DNA of 64,000 nt from an uncultured Elusimicrobiales bacterium (GCA_944324675.1 CALUXE010000001.1:6694-70693), one strand, 5' to 3'; counted from the stretch's first letter, positions 42,008 to 52,964 are shown. Notes: generated by a model from the letters alone, not told the origin. A program made the numbers and translations.

Positions 42008-43375
42008 ATGCAGAGCAAAGATTTACTTTTAGCCTTGGAAAGCTTGGAGAGGGAAAAAAACATCAAAAGGGAAGATACTTTAAAAACAATAGAAGACGCC
42101 CTTATCTCCGCTTTAAGAAAACACTTGGGTAAAACCGCCGTCTTATCGGCCAAAATAGACCCGGAAGAAGGCACCATAACCGCCTATCAGACTTTAATCG
42201 TAACCGAGGAAGTAACCAACCCGGAAACGGAAATATCCCTGCAGGATGCCAAAGCGATAAAACCCTCGGCCAAAGTCGGAGAAGAGATTATAAATACTCT
42301 CAACGTAGAGGACTTCTCCCGCATAGCCGCGCAGATAGCCAAACAGGTGCTTATCCAAAAAGTGAGAGGTATAGAAAGGGATAACCTTTATAAAGAATTT
42401 AAACCCAGAGAAGGCGAAGTCGTAACCGGATTGGTAAGGAGATTTTCCGACCGCGATATCATAGTCGATTTGGGCAAAGCGGAAGCCATCTTGCCCTATT
42501 GCGAACAAATCAGGAAGGAACGCTTCGTACACGGCGGAAGGGTAAAAGCCATAATAGCCAGAGTCCTTAACCAGACCGATCTCGCCGACGTCAAAGACGA
42601 CCCGGTATTAAGCAGATATAAATCCGCCGCCTATAAAATGGATAAAGGGCAGAGAGGCCCCTATATTATACTTTCCAGAACCTCGCCCGAATTTTTGAAA
42701 GAGTTAATGAAAGTGGAAATACCGGAGCTTTCCGACGGCATCATAGAAACCAAAGCCATAGTGAGGGATCCGGGCTTTAGGGCCAAAGTAGTTGTAAAAA
42801 GCAATGACAACAAGATAGACCCCATCGGTACTTGCGTCGGCATGAGAGGCATAAGAATAAGAGCCGTAACCAATGAACTTTCCGGCGAAAAAATAGACCT
42901 TATAAATTATAGCGAAGATTCCATAACCAATATAGTCAATTCGCTTTCGCCGGCGAAAGTGCTTTCCGTAAGAATAATCAGCATGGAAAAGAAGCAGGCT
43001 TTGGTAATCGTCCCCGACGATCAATTGGCCATAGCGATAGGCAAAGATTGGCAAAATATAAAATTGGCCTCCAAGGTATGCGGCTGGGAACTTGAAGTAA
43101 AGAGCGAATCCCAGAAGAACCAGGAAGGATTGGAAGCCGCCCAAATGATACAGGAGACCTTGGCGGACGTAGAAGGTATAGGGCCCAAAATAGCGGAAGT
43201 ATTGGTAAAGGCTGGCTTTAACTCGGTAGAGAAAATAGCCTCCTTAACCCCGGAGCATTTGGCCACCCTGCAAGGCGTAGGCGAGAAAACGGCCGAAAAA
43301 ATTATAGAAGGCGCCAAGAAATACTTGGCAGAACACGAGGAGGCGGAAAATGACAGCAACGAAGAAACCCACTAA
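42008..43375 (+). CDS. nusA: Transcription termination/antitermination factor NusA
   Basis: N-terminal LLALESLEREKNI, an S1 domain (GEVVTGLVRRFSDRDIIVDLGKAEAILP), tandem KH domains (DPIGTCVGMRGIRIRAV; AIGKDWQNIKLASKVCGWEL), and a C-terminal HhH. Confidence 0.96.
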   Translation: MQSKDLLLALESLEREKNIKREDTLKTIEDALISALRKHLGKTAVLSAKIDPEEGTITAYQTLIVTEEVTNPETEISLQDAKAIKPSAKVGEEIINTLNVEDFSRIAAQIAKQVLIQKVRGIERDNLYKEFKPREGEVVTGLVRRFSDRDIIVDLGKAEAILPYCEQIRKERFVHGGRVKAIIARVLNQTDLADVKDDPVLSRYKSAAYKMDKGQRGPYIILSRTSPEFLKELMKVEIPELSDGIIETKAIVRDPGFRAKVVVKSNDNKIDPIGTCVGMRGIRIRAVTNELSGEKIDLINYSEDSITNIVNSLSPAKVLSVRIISMEKKQALVIVPDDQLAIAIGKDWQNIKLASKVCGWELEVKSESQKNQEGLEAAQMIQETLADVEGIGPKIAEVLVKAGFNSVEKIASLTPEHLATLQGVGEKTAEKIIEGAKKYLAEHEEAENDSNEETH

Positions 43376-45689
43376 TACCGAAGAGGAACAAGATAAAAAG
43401 AAAACCGTAAAGAAAACCGCCGCCAAGAAAACGGCCGCTAAAAAACCCGCCGCTGAAAAGAAACCCGCGGGCAGGAAAATGACGGGCGCGAAGAAAACCG
43501 CCGCCCCTAAAAAGCCTGCGCAAAAAAAGACGACGGCCGCAAAAAAAACGCTCAAAAAAGAAACAAAAACGGCAAAGACAGAAGAATCAAATAAGGCGCG
43601 CCCGCAAGTTGAGGCGCCGCAGCAGGAGCTTAAAGCCCAGACGCATAAACAAGAGCAAAAGAAGGCCGAGGAACCCAAAGTTCAAGAACCGCCGAAGCAA
43701 ACCGCGGAGGCGCAAAGCAAACCTTCTTTGATCCAACCCGCTCCAAAAACGCAAGAGCCCCCCAAACCTGTTGAGCAGATGCCGACACAAGAGTTTAAGC
43801 GGGAAACTAAACCCGCTCCGCAGACGCAGCAGCAGGCGGATAATCGGGCGCACGGGGAACATTCTCCCCGCCACGACCATAAGAAGCAGGAGGATAAACC
43901 CGCTCCAGCCCCCAAAGCCGACGAAAAAGTAATAAAAATATTGGGCCAGCCGACGATAAAGGACTTGGCCGAAAAAATGGACATCAAGATAAACGACTTT
44001 ATCAAGAAGCTTATGGGCATGGGGATATTCGCAACGATAAACCAAAGGCTTGAACAGGATATGATAGAGCTTGTGGTGGCCGAATGCGGTTTCAAGGCGG
44101 AAATAATTCATGAATTCGCGGAAGACAAAATCGCCGCGCAGGATAGCGAACAGGAAGATCCCGCCCACCTAAAGCCCAGGGCTCCGGTAGTAACCATTAT
44201 GGGGCACGTAGACCACGGCAAGACCAGCCTGCTTGACGCAATCAGACATTCAAACGTAGTGGCTGGCGAATTCGGCGCGATAACGCAGCATATCGGCGCG
44301 TACAGAGTAAAAACGCCTCGCGGATACATATCCTTCCTTGATACCCCCGGCCACGAGGCTTTTACCGCCATGAGGGCCAGAGGAGCGCAAGCGACGGATA
44401 TTGTCGTATTGGTGGTATCCGCCACCGACGGCATAATGCCCCAAACCATTGAGGCCATCAACCACGCCCAATCGGCGGGCGCGCCAATAATAGTGGCGGT
44501 AAATAAAATAGACTTGCCCGGCGCCAATCCGGATAAGGTCAAACAAGAATTGGCAAACCGCGGGCTTATTCCCGAGGAATGGCAGGGCAATACCATTTAC
44601 GTGGAAATTTCCGCAAAGAAGAGAATTAATATAGACAAACTCTTGGAAATGATAAGCCTTCAGGCGGAAATGATGGAGCTTAAAGCCAATCCCGACAGAC
44701 GAGGCGTAGGCGTAATCCTCGAAAGTAAACGAGACAATAAACGCGGCGTCGTGGCAACGGTACTCGTACAAAAAGGCACCATGAGGGTGGGAGATCCTTT
44801 TATAGTAGGCACAAACTACGGTAAAATAAGAGCGCTTATCGACGAACACGGCAAAAGGCTGCCCTGCGCGGGCCCGTCCGTCCCGGCCGAGGTGCTGGGC
44901 ATTAACGGCGAGCCGCCCGCCGTCGGCGACACTCTATTCGTTACCGAAAGCGAAAAAGAGGCCAAGCATATCGCCGAAAAAAGAAAACTCGCCCATAAAG
45001 AAGAGAAACTTGCCCATCAAAAGCACGTTTCTTTGACGAGTTTAAAGAGCGATATCGACGGAAAGAAAGTAAAAGAACTCGCCATAATATTGAAGGCCGA
45101 CGTACACGGCTCGATAGAAGCTATCAAAGACGCCATATTAAGAACGCCAACCGAAGAAGTGCAGGTAAAGATTATACACTCCGGCGCGGGCAACGTAAAC
45201 GAATCTGACATCTTGCTTGCCAAAGCCAGCGACGCTGTGATTATAGCCTTTAACGTCGACAGCGACACCAAAGCCGCCGAAGAAGCTGAAAAAGAAGGTA
45301 TAGAAATCAGGAAGTACAATATCATATTTGAACTTCTTGAGGACTTGCGCGCAGCCATGGAAGGTTTGCTCGAGCCGGAAATAGTGGAAGAACGCGTCGG
45401 CTTGGCGACGGTGCGCCAAACCTTTGATTTAAGTTCCGGCTTTGTAGCGGGTTCTTATATAGAAGAAGGCAAGGTGGTCCGCGGCTATGAGGCGCGAGTA
45501 ATGCGCGGATCGGAACAGATATTCAAAGGCAAAATATCCGGCTTAAAGCGCTTCAAGGATGACGTCAAAGAAGTAGAAAAGGGCTATGAGTGCGGCATAT
45601 CGATAGACGGCTGCCGCCAAATAAAACCCGGCGACTTAATTGAATGCCTCCAAAAGAAAACCATTACCAGAAGAATAAGCAAAATATAA
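43350..45689 (+). CDS. infB: Translation initiation factor IF-2 with Lys/Ala/Pro-rich N-terminal region
   Basis: G domain [28 protein letters not shown]. Conserved C-terminal domains. GAGGAGG RBS. Overlaps the nusA end by 26 nt. Confidence 0.96.
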   Translation: MTATKKPTNTEEEQDKKKTVKKTAAKKTAAKKPAAEKKPAGRKMTGAKKTAAPKKPAQKKTTAAKKTLKKETKTAKTEESNKARPQVEAPQQELKAQTHKQEQKKAEEPKVQEPPKQTAEAQSKPSLIQPAPKTQEPPKPVEQMPTQEFKRETKPAPQTQQQADNRAHGEHSPRHDHKKQEDKPAPAPKADEKVIKILGQPTIKDLAEKMDIKINDFIKKLMGMGIFATINQRLEQDMIELVVAECGFKAEIIHEFAEDKIAAQDSEQEDPAHLKPRAPVVTIMGHVDHGKTSLLDAIRHSNVVAGEFGAITQHIGAYRVKTPRGYISFLDTPGHEAFTAMRARGAQATDIVVLVVSATDGIMPQTIEAINHAQSAGAPIIVAVNKIDLPGANPDKVKQELANRGLIPEEWQGNTIYVEISAKKRINIDKLLEMISLQAEMMELKANPDRRGVGVILESKRDNKRGVVATVLVQKGTMRVGDPFIVGTNYGKIRALIDEHGKRLPCAGPSVPAEVLGINGEPPAVGDTLFVTESEKEAKHIAEKRKLAHKEEKLAHQKHVSLTSLKSDIDGKKVKELAIILKADVHGSIEAIKDAILRTPTEEVQVKIIHSGAGNVNESDILLAKASDAVIIAFNVDSDTKAAEEAEKEGIEIRKYNIIFELLEDLRAAMEGLLEPEIVEERVGLATVRQTFDLSSGFVAGSYIEEGKVVRGYEARVMRGSEQIFKGKISGLKRFKDDVKEVEKGYECGISIDGCRQIKPGDLIECLQKKTITRRISKI

Positions 45690-45712
45690 CTTCTTAGGAT
45701 GCTTATAAAATC

Positions 45713-45747
45713 AAGAAGCCCCGGTTCCTAAAACCGGGGCTTTATAG
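45713..45747. terminator. Bidirectional terminator hairpin between infB and the pilin-like gene
   Basis: Stem GCCCCGGTT (45718-45726) / AACCGGGGC (45732-45740), with T-rich flanks on both strands. Confidence 0.75.
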
Positions 45748-45768
45748 TTGCTAGAAAGAGGAAAGATC

Positions 45769-46758
45769 TCAGCAAGGGCATTGGGAAGTGTTGCAAGAGG
45801 ATGTGTTAAACTCGCAGCTCCAGCCGCCTCTTATGCTGAATGTCCTGCAAAGCACCGTTACTTCGTCGTCGCAAGTCTGCTTCTGGATGTCCCCTTCTTT
45901 GCATGTTTTGTCAAACGGCAGGCAAGTATTCGCGTCTAAGCAATAATGCGTGTCCGTATCGCCGGTACATTCATAGCCGCTTCCGTCGGCTTTACAGGTC
46001 CCTCTGCAATCTTGGAATTGCCCTTCGGAGCCAGGCGTACAAGGAGTTGTATCCTCACAAGTACAAGGGCCCCAAGTATTTCCGGTGCAAAGTTCATGGC
46101 AAATCTTTCCCTCGGGTCCGGGGCAAGTTCTGGCCATGCCGTCACACCAGCCAGAGATAGGGGAACAGGAACCTTCCCATTGACAGGTGCTCATATTGCA
46201 AGTATAGCTGCCCGTTTGTCCTTCAGGACACGTGGGCTGCGGTCCGGGGCAGCCTGTGCATGTCGTAGGCGGCTCTTCCTGCCCGGGGCCGGGTAATGAT
46301 ACGTCGCAGACGGAGTCGGCGGTGCCTACAATGTCGCCAAAACTGCTACAGACATTGCCGCTGCATCCCAAACCAGGAGTTTCATATCCGACTGAAAAAC
46401 TGAAAATTTCCCTTCCGCTTTTTTTGTACGCTACGCTGGCGCAGGCCTTTTCCGTATTCAGACTGACATAATAATTGTCATTTACTACACCGCTAGCCAA
46501 ATTTTCTCTGCCGGTAGTCAATCTTTTCAAATCCGAAAGACTCGTCGCATATTCGCCCGTAGTGGCGAAATTCTGTATTTGTTTATTCTTGACTATCTCC
46601 AGCAAATTGACCGCTTCGGTCGCTCTCGCCTTGGCTATCGATTTGCTGAATACGGGATACGCTATCGCGGCTAGCACGCCGACGATTATAACCGTCACCA
46701 ATATTTCCATTAAAGTAAAGCCTTTTCTTTCTTTAAAAGCTTTTTTGTTTTTAAGCAT
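45769..46758 (-). CDS. Prepilin-type N-terminal domain protein with Cys-rich C-terminal region
   Basis: MLKNKKAFKERKG|FTLMEILVTVIIVGVLAAIAYPVF is a class-III signal peptide with Glu at +5. The C-terminal ~200 aa is packed with Cys (CTGCPGPQPTCPEGQTGSYTCNMSTCQWEGSC...). GGAGG RBS. Confidence 0.88.
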   Translation of the reverse strand: MLKNKKAFKERKGFTLMEILVTVIIVGVLAAIAYPVFSKSIAKARATEAVNLLEIVKNKQIQNFATTGEYATSLSDLKRLTTGRENLASGVVNDNYYVSLNTEKACASVAYKKSGREIFSFSVGYETPGLGCSGNVCSSFGDIVGTADSVCDVSLPGPGQEEPPTTCTGCPGPQPTCPEGQTGSYTCNMSTCQWEGSCSPISGWCDGMARTCPGPEGKICHELCTGNTWGPCTCEDTTPCTPGSEGQFQDCRGTCKADGSGYECTGDTDTHYCLDANTCLPFDKTCKEGDIQKQTCDDEVTVLCRTFSIRGGWSCEFNTSSCNTSQCPC

Positions 46759-46966
46759 ATGCTTTTCCTCCGCCCGGTTCTTTCCATTTGGTATTACTCA
46801 GACTGGTTTTTCCTTCCCAATATTTCCCTATCAGTATAGAAAAAAGGACCGCCTATTGCAAGTCTATTTTTTATTTTTCTTTCCGTTCCGGTTTGCCGGT
46901 TCCCGCGCGCCGAGAAAGTCCTTCCCTTGTTTAAAGCGCCATAATTTAATAAAATGTTAGATATAT

Positions 46967-47548
46967 ATGGAGCGCTTTCCCTTAATCATTTCAGCGCCGT
47001 CAGGCGGAGGTAAAACCTCAATAGTCGCGCGTCTTCTTGAAGACGACGGGCTCTCGCGAGTGATAACTGCTACCACCAGGGCGCCTCGGAAAGGTGAAAT
47101 CGACGGGAAAGATTATCATTTTTGGTCGGTAAAACGGTTCGAAAACGCAATAAAAAAAGGCGCTATGGCGGAATGGGCCAAAGTACACGTCAATTATTAC
47201 GGAATACCAAAAAGCTCTTTGGATAAACTTATAAAAGCGGGCAAAACGCCCGTATTGGTTATCGACGTGCAGGGCGCGAGAACGGTCAAAAAAGTTTATA
47301 AGCGGGCGGTGTCTATTTTTATTACCCCTTCCAGCTTTGACGAACTTAAAAGACGAATTATTTCCCGCGACGACGGAACCGCCGATATAAAAGTTCGCCT
47401 CGCCAGCGCGAGAAAAGAACTTAAATGCATAAAAAATTACGACTACCTAGTAATAAACGACGACTTCGAACAGGCGGTGGCGGACTGCAAAGCGATAATA
47501 CGAGCCGAACGGCTAAAAGTGGAAAGATCAACAAAAAAATTTAAATAA
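46967..47548 (+). CDS. gmk: Guanylate kinase
   Basis: P-loop ISAPSGGGKTSI, TTRAPRKGEIDGKDYHF, and NYYGIPKS motifs. Confidence 0.95.
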   Translation: MERFPLIISAPSGGGKTSIVARLLEDDGLSRVITATTRAPRKGEIDGKDYHFWSVKRFENAIKKGAMAEWAKVHVNYYGIPKSSLDKLIKAGKTPVLVIDVQGARTVKKVYKRAVSIFITPSSFDELKRRIISRDDGTADIKVRLASARKELKCIKNYDYLVINDDFEQAVADCKAIIRAERLKVERSTKKFK

Positions 47549-47568
47549 TAAAAGCGCAGGAGAAAAAA

Positions 47569-47862
47569 ATGGCAATACAGGATAACGACATTGAAAACAA
47601 ACTGGTGGATTTTGACGGCGACAAATACAGTATGGTAGTTTTGGCCTCAATGTGGGCGAAAGTGTTAAAGAAAAAAGCCGAATATAAAAATCAGCCCGAC
47701 GCCACCGTAATCAAGGTAGCCTTAGACGATATTTTAACCAGCAAAGTGACCAAAGAAATGGTCCTGCAGGGTTCAACCGACGCTTTGGCCCAACAAAAAC
47801 GTGAAGAGGAAGAAGCCAGAAAAGAAGCCGAAAGAAAGGCAAAAGAACCTCTTAAATTATAA
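47569..47862 (+). CDS. rpoZ: Probable DNA-directed RNA polymerase omega subunit
   Basis: 97 aa directly downstream of gmk, the conserved gmk-rpoZ synteny. The DKYSMVVLASMWAKVLKK segment resembles the omega N(R/K)Y-x-L-x-x-x-A-x-x-R-A helix. Sequence match is weak. Confidence 0.55.
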   Translation: MAIQDNDIENKLVDFDGDKYSMVVLASMWAKVLKKKAEYKNQPDATVIKVALDDILTSKVTKEMVLQGSTDALAQQKREEEEARKEAERKAKEPLKL

Positions 47863-47874
47863 TCTTCGCAAGCA

Positions 47875-48726
47875 ATGAGCAAAGAGATTAAAGAAATAGC
47901 GGCCGGTCTTCAAGCCTTCCTGCGAAATGCGCAGGAGGAAGACTTGATTTTAAAAGCAGCCTTAACGCAAGATAAGGCTGCTTTTGGTTCCGCCGCAAAA
48001 AATAGCGGAATAAAAGAAAATTCTTCCGCTTTGAAAGTTCAGGCCGAAGAAAAACCGCAATTACCCAAAGGAAATACTTCTCTCGACGCTAAACCCTCTG
48101 ACGCCAAAACCAAGGAAATCGCCTATATAGCTCAGATGGTAAACAGCTGTCAAAAATGCGAACTGGGCAAAACGCGCATAAAGGCCGTACCGGGCGAAGG
48201 CAATGTAAACGCGAAAATAATGTTCGTCGGCGAAGGGCCGGGCTATGAAGAAGACCGTCAAGGCCGCCCGTTCGTTGGCCGCGCGGGGCAGCTCCTTGAC
48301 AAAATAATAGCGGCCATGGGGTTCACCCGCGAGGAAGTGTTTATCGCCAATATAGTAAAATGCCATCCGATGGTGGATCCCTCCAACCCCGACAAACGCT
48401 CCAACGACAGAGCGCCCTACCCCGACGAAATCGCCGTATGTAGAAGATATTTAGAACAGCAAATAAAGACTATATCGCCCGATTATGTGGTAGCTTTGGG
48501 CGGAGTAGCGGCGAAAACCCTTATAAGCCCGACTCAAACCTTTGGCGCGGTAAGAGGCAAAATATTTGACCTTAATCTCACTTGCGTGGAACTGGATAAA
48601 CCCGTTAAAATACTTGCCACTTTCCACCCCGCCGCTCTGCTCAGAAACCCCGGCTGGAAGAAAGAGGCTTGGGAAAACCTAAAAGTGCTCTTGGCCGACA
48701 TGGGCAAAACGCCAAAAACCAAATAA
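47875..48726 (+). CDS. Family-4 uracil-DNA glycosylase (4Fe-4S type) with ~90-aa N-terminal extension
   Basis: CQKCEL...VPGEGNVNAKIMFVGEGPGYEEDRQGRPFVGRAGQLLD...NIVKCHP...HPAALLR are canonical UDG family 4 motifs. Confidence 0.9.
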   Translation: MSKEIKEIAAGLQAFLRNAQEEDLILKAALTQDKAAFGSAAKNSGIKENSSALKVQAEEKPQLPKGNTSLDAKPSDAKTKEIAYIAQMVNSCQKCELGKTRIKAVPGEGNVNAKIMFVGEGPGYEEDRQGRPFVGRAGQLLDKIIAAMGFTREEVFIANIVKCHPMVDPSNPDKRSNDRAPYPDEIAVCRRYLEQQIKTISPDYVVALGGVAAKTLISPTQTFGAVRGKIFDLNLTCVELDKPVKILATFHPAALLRNPGWKKEAWENLKVLLADMGKTPKTK

Positions 48727-48731
48727 AAGCT

Positions 48732-50708
48732 ATGAATATATCCGTATCTCTGCCGATACCGCTTAATCAAAGTTTCGATTATGCTCTGCCAAAAGAACTT
48801 GAGGGTAAAGCCGCTTTGGGTTTGAGAGTAAAAGTACCCTTCGGCAAAGCCGTACAAACGGGATACATTACCGCTTTGGATACTAACCCCGACTTGCCGA
48901 GCGGCATAAAACTAAAATCGGTATTATCAATAGAAGACGAACGGGTCTTTTACGGAAAAGAGCTTTTCCCGCTAGCCCTTTTTATAGAGCAAAATTACGC
49001 CAATACTTTGGGCGAAACGCTGGGAGTATTGCTGCCCGCAATATTCAATCAAAAACTTTTGGACGCCTATAAACCCTCTCCCTCAAAGGATCTCCCTCTT
49101 TTTTACCCCGCGGGCACATACAGCCAAGAACAAAAAAACGCCATAGAAAACGCAAAACAAAACCAAATAAATTTATTTTACGGCGCCAATCTTTCAGGTA
49201 AAACCGAAGCCGCTTTAAGCCTGGCTTACGACGTGTTAAACCAAGGCGGGCAGGTGCTTGTCTTGGTGCCGGATATTATAAGCTCCGCCAATTTAATTGA
49301 GGTAATAAACAAAAAATTCGGCGCGCATCATATTTTAATGTGGCACAGTAAAGTATCTTTAAGCAAAAGGAAAGCGGCCGCGGCGGAAATTATCTTGGGA
49401 AAGCCCTGCATTACCGTCGGCACAAGATCCGCCTCCCTGCTGCCGTTTAAAAATCTGCGCCTTACTTTAATCTTCCACGAGGAAAGCAAAGATTTCAAAC
49501 AGGAAGATTCCAAGCCCTACTACCATACCAGGGAAGTGGCCATAGAAAGGGCAAACCTCACTGGCGGCAAAGTTATACTTATAAGCTCAACCCCTTCGCT
49601 CGAAGCTCTTAAATTAAAGGAAGAAAATAAATTAAAAGCCAGCTTTTTCCCCCGCCCTCTGCCGCAGTTTAATAATGAAACCCAAATCATAATAACGCCG
49701 AAGACGGGCAAAAAATCCAAGTTAATATCCGATGAGCTTATAAAACTCCTGCACGAAAATATGCTGCACGGCGGACAAAGCCTGCTGATTTTAAACCGAC
49801 TCGGATACAGCGGCGTCTACGCCTGCCTTAATTGCCGCGCTTACGCCAAATGCAAGAAATGCGGCGCGGTGCTAAGCAGAATAAAAACCGATAAGGAAGA
49901 TTATTTAATATGCCGTAAATGCGGCGCGAAAGAAAGCTTAAAACAAATATGCCCGCTGTGCAAGAATGAAATTTTCCGCTCCCTTGGCGGAGGAACACAA
50001 GCCGCCGCGGAAGAAATTTACAAAATATTCCCCCAGGCGCGCGTTTACAGATTGGATTCCCAAACACTTAAAACAAAAAAAGACGAGGGGCACTTCGCAG
50101 AAGAAGCCCTGAAAGACAATCAGGCCGATATCATAATCGGCACTAATTTGGCCCTAAACGCCGGCCTTTGCGGCGGCAAAATAAATTTGGCCGCACTGCT
50201 AGACGCGGATTTGGAATTAAACTCCGCCGACTTCCGCTCCGCCGAACGCTTCGCCCAAACTTTGTTCAACCTTAAAGGACGGCTTAACAGATATAAAAAT
50301 GCCAAGCTGATAGTACAAACCTCAAAAGACGATTTGTTCGATTATAATATTCTTAAAGAAAACAAATATCTCGAATTCGCCTCCGACGAGGCTATATTTA
50401 GAAAGGATTTTCATTTTCCGCCATACGCCAAATTAGTGAAATTGCTCTTTACCTCAAAGAGCGAAAAAGATTTAAACGCCTTTGGCGAAATGGCCGCAAA
50501 AGCAGTGCGCGAATCCTACGGCGCTTTTATGAGCATAGAAGGGCCGGTAAAATGCGGCACCCATTCAAAGGAATTTCATCAGCAGTATTATTTGGTAAAA
50601 AGCGCGGACGAACAAATGCTAAAAGGTTTCCTAAATACCTTGGCAAATACAAAAGCGCCAAAAAAGCTGCAAATCAAAATATTGGCGGAGCCTTATTATT
50701 TCACTTAG
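48732..50708 (+). CDS. priA: Primosomal protein N' (replication restart helicase PriA)
   Basis: N-terminal LPIPLNQSFDYALP, Walker A GANLSGKTEAAL, LIFHEES (DEAH-box equivalent), Zn-binding CLNCRAYAKCKKCGAVLS...CRKCG...CPLCKN. Start at ATG 48732 (MNISVSLP); the ORF-track start at 48669 overlaps udg. Confidence 0.93.
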   Translation: MNISVSLPIPLNQSFDYALPKELEGKAALGLRVKVPFGKAVQTGYITALDTNPDLPSGIKLKSVLSIEDERVFYGKELFPLALFIEQNYANTLGETLGVLLPAIFNQKLLDAYKPSPSKDLPLFYPAGTYSQEQKNAIENAKQNQINLFYGANLSGKTEAALSLAYDVLNQGGQVLVLVPDIISSANLIEVINKKFGAHHILMWHSKVSLSKRKAAAAEIILGKPCITVGTRSASLLPFKNLRLTLIFHEESKDFKQEDSKPYYHTREVAIERANLTGGKVILISSTPSLEALKLKEENKLKASFFPRPLPQFNNETQIIITPKTGKKSKLISDELIKLLHENMLHGGQSLLILNRLGYSGVYACLNCRAYAKCKKCGAVLSRIKTDKEDYLICRKCGAKESLKQICPLCKNEIFRSLGGGTQAAAEEIYKIFPQARVYRLDSQTLKTKKDEGHFAEEALKDNQADIIIGTNLALNAGLCGGKINLAALLDADLELNSADFRSAERFAQTLFNLKGRLNRYKNAKLIVQTSKDDLFDYNILKENKYLEFASDEAIFRKDFHFPPYAKLVKLLFTSKSEKDLNAFGEMAAKAVRESYGAFMSIEGPVKCGTHSKEFHQQYYLVKSADEQMLKGFLNTLANTKAPKKLQIKILAEPYYFT

Positions 50709-50772
50709 CAAAATGATAAAATATAATATTATATCTATCGGTACGGACAATACATTCTAGCGGGAGTATGGT

Positions 50773-51933
50773 ATGGAAGTGAAAGAGGCTTTAAAACTTT
50801 TAAAAAGAGGAACTGTCGACTTGGTAAGCGAAGCCGAATTGGAGAAAAAACTATCCAGCGGCAAACAGCTTATGATAAAATTAGGCTGTGATCCGACAAG
50901 TTCAGACTTACACTTCGGCCACAGCGTGGTATTAAACAAGTTAAGAACATTCCAGGATTTGGGCCATAAGGTAACCTTGGTAATAGGGGATTTTACCGCC
51001 GCCATAGGCGATCCCTCCGGCAGGGACACCACCCGCCCAATCCTTAAAAGAGAAGACATCTTAAAAAACGCCAAAACCTATACCGACCAAGCCTTTAAAG
51101 TACTTGACCCCGCAAAAACAATAGTACGCTTTAACAGCGAATGGCTGGACCCTTTTATCACCTCCAAAGAAATATTGGGCACTTTATCAAAAGTAACAAT
51201 GGCGCAAGTGCTGGAAAGGGACGACTTTAAAAAGAGAATGAAAGCCGGAAACCCCATCAGCGTATTGGAAGTAATGTACAGCCTGTTCCAAGGGCAGGAT
51301 TCCGTCGCGCTCAAAGCTGACGTGGAACTCGGCGGAACAGACCAAATATTCAATTTATTGGTAGGAAGACAGCTTCAGAAAAACAACGGGCAGGAACCGC
51401 AAGTGGTAATGACTATGCCGCTTTTGGTGGGTACGGACGGTGTAAAAAAGATGTCAAAATCCTACGGCAACTATATAGGCCTTAACGATTCGCCGGAAGA
51501 TATGTTCGGCAAAATAATGTCCATATCCGACGAATTGATGCTTCAATATTACGAACTGCTTACCGTGGAAGACTTGGAAGAAGTAAAGAAAAAACACCCT
51601 ATGCAGGCAAAAAAAGATTTGGCGGCGATATTGGTAACCCGTTTCCACGGTGAAGACGGCGCGAAAGCCGGCTTGGCCCATTTTGAGAAAGTGTTTTCAA
51701 AAAAGGAAAACCCTGACGATATGCCCGAACTTAAAAACGCGCAGGGCAAATTGATTTCCGCCATACTTATAGAAGCGGGCATAGCCAAAAGCAAGAACGA
51801 GGCTAGGCGCCTGATAGACCAAAACGCAGTAAAACTCGACGGCGAGAAAATAAACCGCGACGAACCTTTAACTATTTCGCAAGACGCCGTTCTGCAAGCG
51901 GGGAAAAGGCATTTCGTCAAACTAATAAAATAG
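50773..51933 (+). CDS. tyrS: Tyrosine--tRNA ligase
   Basis: Class I HIGH variant (LHFGH) and KMSKS present. C-terminal S4-like domain (ARRLIDQNAVKLDGEKI). Confidence 0.94.
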   Translation: MEVKEALKLLKRGTVDLVSEAELEKKLSSGKQLMIKLGCDPTSSDLHFGHSVVLNKLRTFQDLGHKVTLVIGDFTAAIGDPSGRDTTRPILKREDILKNAKTYTDQAFKVLDPAKTIVRFNSEWLDPFITSKEILGTLSKVTMAQVLERDDFKKRMKAGNPISVLEVMYSLFQGQDSVALKADVELGGTDQIFNLLVGRQLQKNNGQEPQVVMTMPLLVGTDGVKKMSKSYGNYIGLNDSPEDMFGKIMSISDELMLQYYELLTVEDLEEVKKKHPMQAKKDLAAILVTRFHGEDGAKAGLAHFEKVFSKKENPDDMPELKNAQGKLISAILIEAGIAKSKNEARRLIDQNAVKLDGEKINRDEPLTISQDAVLQAGKRHFVKLIK

Positions 51934-51939
51934 GAATCA

Positions 51940-52932
51940 ATGAAGAAGAAAATACTCTTAGCCGTAACTTGTATTCTGCTTATAGCCTTTATCGCTTTCG
52001 GCGTAGGGGCGTATAGATACTTTAACGCGTATGGCCCTGAGAGGGAAATAACCATTCCGCCGGGCGTAAGCGCGGGCCAAATAGCACAAATACTTAAAGA
52101 TAATGAAATCATTAAGAGTACGCTATGGTTTAAAATATGTCTTAAATTCAGCGGGGCGGCTCCTATGCTCAGGAGCGGAGTATTCACTTTAAACAAGAAT
52201 ATGCCCGCAAGCAAAGTGATTTGGCGGCTGATAAACGATTCCGGCACCAAAGACTTTAAAGTAAAAATACTTGAAGGGTGGCGAATAGAGGAAATTGCCG
52301 AAGCCTTGGAAAACGCCGAAATCATCAAAGACAAATACGCCTTCATAAAGGAGGCAAAAGAGGCCGATGCCGAAGGTTATTTGTTCCCCTCCACCTATAT
52401 GCTGCCCAAAGACATGCAGCCGCAGGAAGTAATAGCCGTTATGCTTGCCGAATACGACAAAAACATCAAACCGCTTATAAAGCAATACAAAGGCGATCTT
52501 ACGGAAAAAGAGATATTGACGATAGCTTCCATAGTGGAACGCGAGGCGATTTTGGATTCGGAAAGGCCGAAAATAGCCGCCGTATATTTAAACCGCGTAA
52601 AAATCGGCAAGAAACTCGAGGCCGATCCGACTGTACAATACGCCTTGGGCTATAACGCCAAGGAGGGCCGCCATTGGAAAAAGGGCCTCACCCTTAAAGA
52701 TTTGAGGGTCGATTCCCCCTACAACACTTACCGCTATAACGGTTTGCCGCCGGGGCCGATTTCCAGCCCGAGCGTGAACTCGGTCAAAGCGGTAATCAAC
52801 CCGGAACCCAATTTCAACGCTTTATACTTTGTAGCCGACAATGAAACGGGCGGGCATATATTCAGCAAGAATTATCATCAACACCTGCAAAGCATAAGAG
52901 CGGTGCGAAACAAGAAACAGTCCAATAAATGA
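51940..52932 (+). CDS. mltG: Endolytic murein transglycosylase MltG (YceG family)
   Basis: N-terminal TM, LysM-like segment, EGYLFPSTY catalytic motif, SIVEREA, SPYNTYRYNGLPPGPISSP. Confidence 0.94.
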   Translation: MKKKILLAVTCILLIAFIAFGVGAYRYFNAYGPEREITIPPGVSAGQIAQILKDNEIIKSTLWFKICLKFSGAAPMLRSGVFTLNKNMPASKVIWRLINDSGTKDFKVKILEGWRIEEIAEALENAEIIKDKYAFIKEAKEADAEGYLFPSTYMLPKDMQPQEVIAVMLAEYDKNIKPLIKQYKGDLTEKEILTIASIVEREAILDSERPKIAAVYLNRVKIGKKLEADPTVQYALGYNAKEGRHWKKGLTLKDLRVDSPYNTYRYNGLPPGPISSPSVNSVKAVINPEPNFNALYFVADNETGGHIFSKNYHQHLQSIRAVRNKKQSNK

Positions 52933-52964
52933 TGGGCCGTTTACAAAAGGGATTCCCCCGTCTT

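Noticed and set aside
43244-44168. Antisense and alternate-frame ORFs (144, 193 and 137 aa) over the nusA end and infB N-terminal region.
   Set aside because: They are artefacts of the low-complexity Lys/Ala/Pro-coding repeats, which lack stops on the opposite strand.
51549-52346. 265-aa minus-strand ORF spanning the tyrS-mltG junction.
   Set aside because: It overlaps two strongly supported plus-strand genes, and its composition is antisense-like with no motifs.
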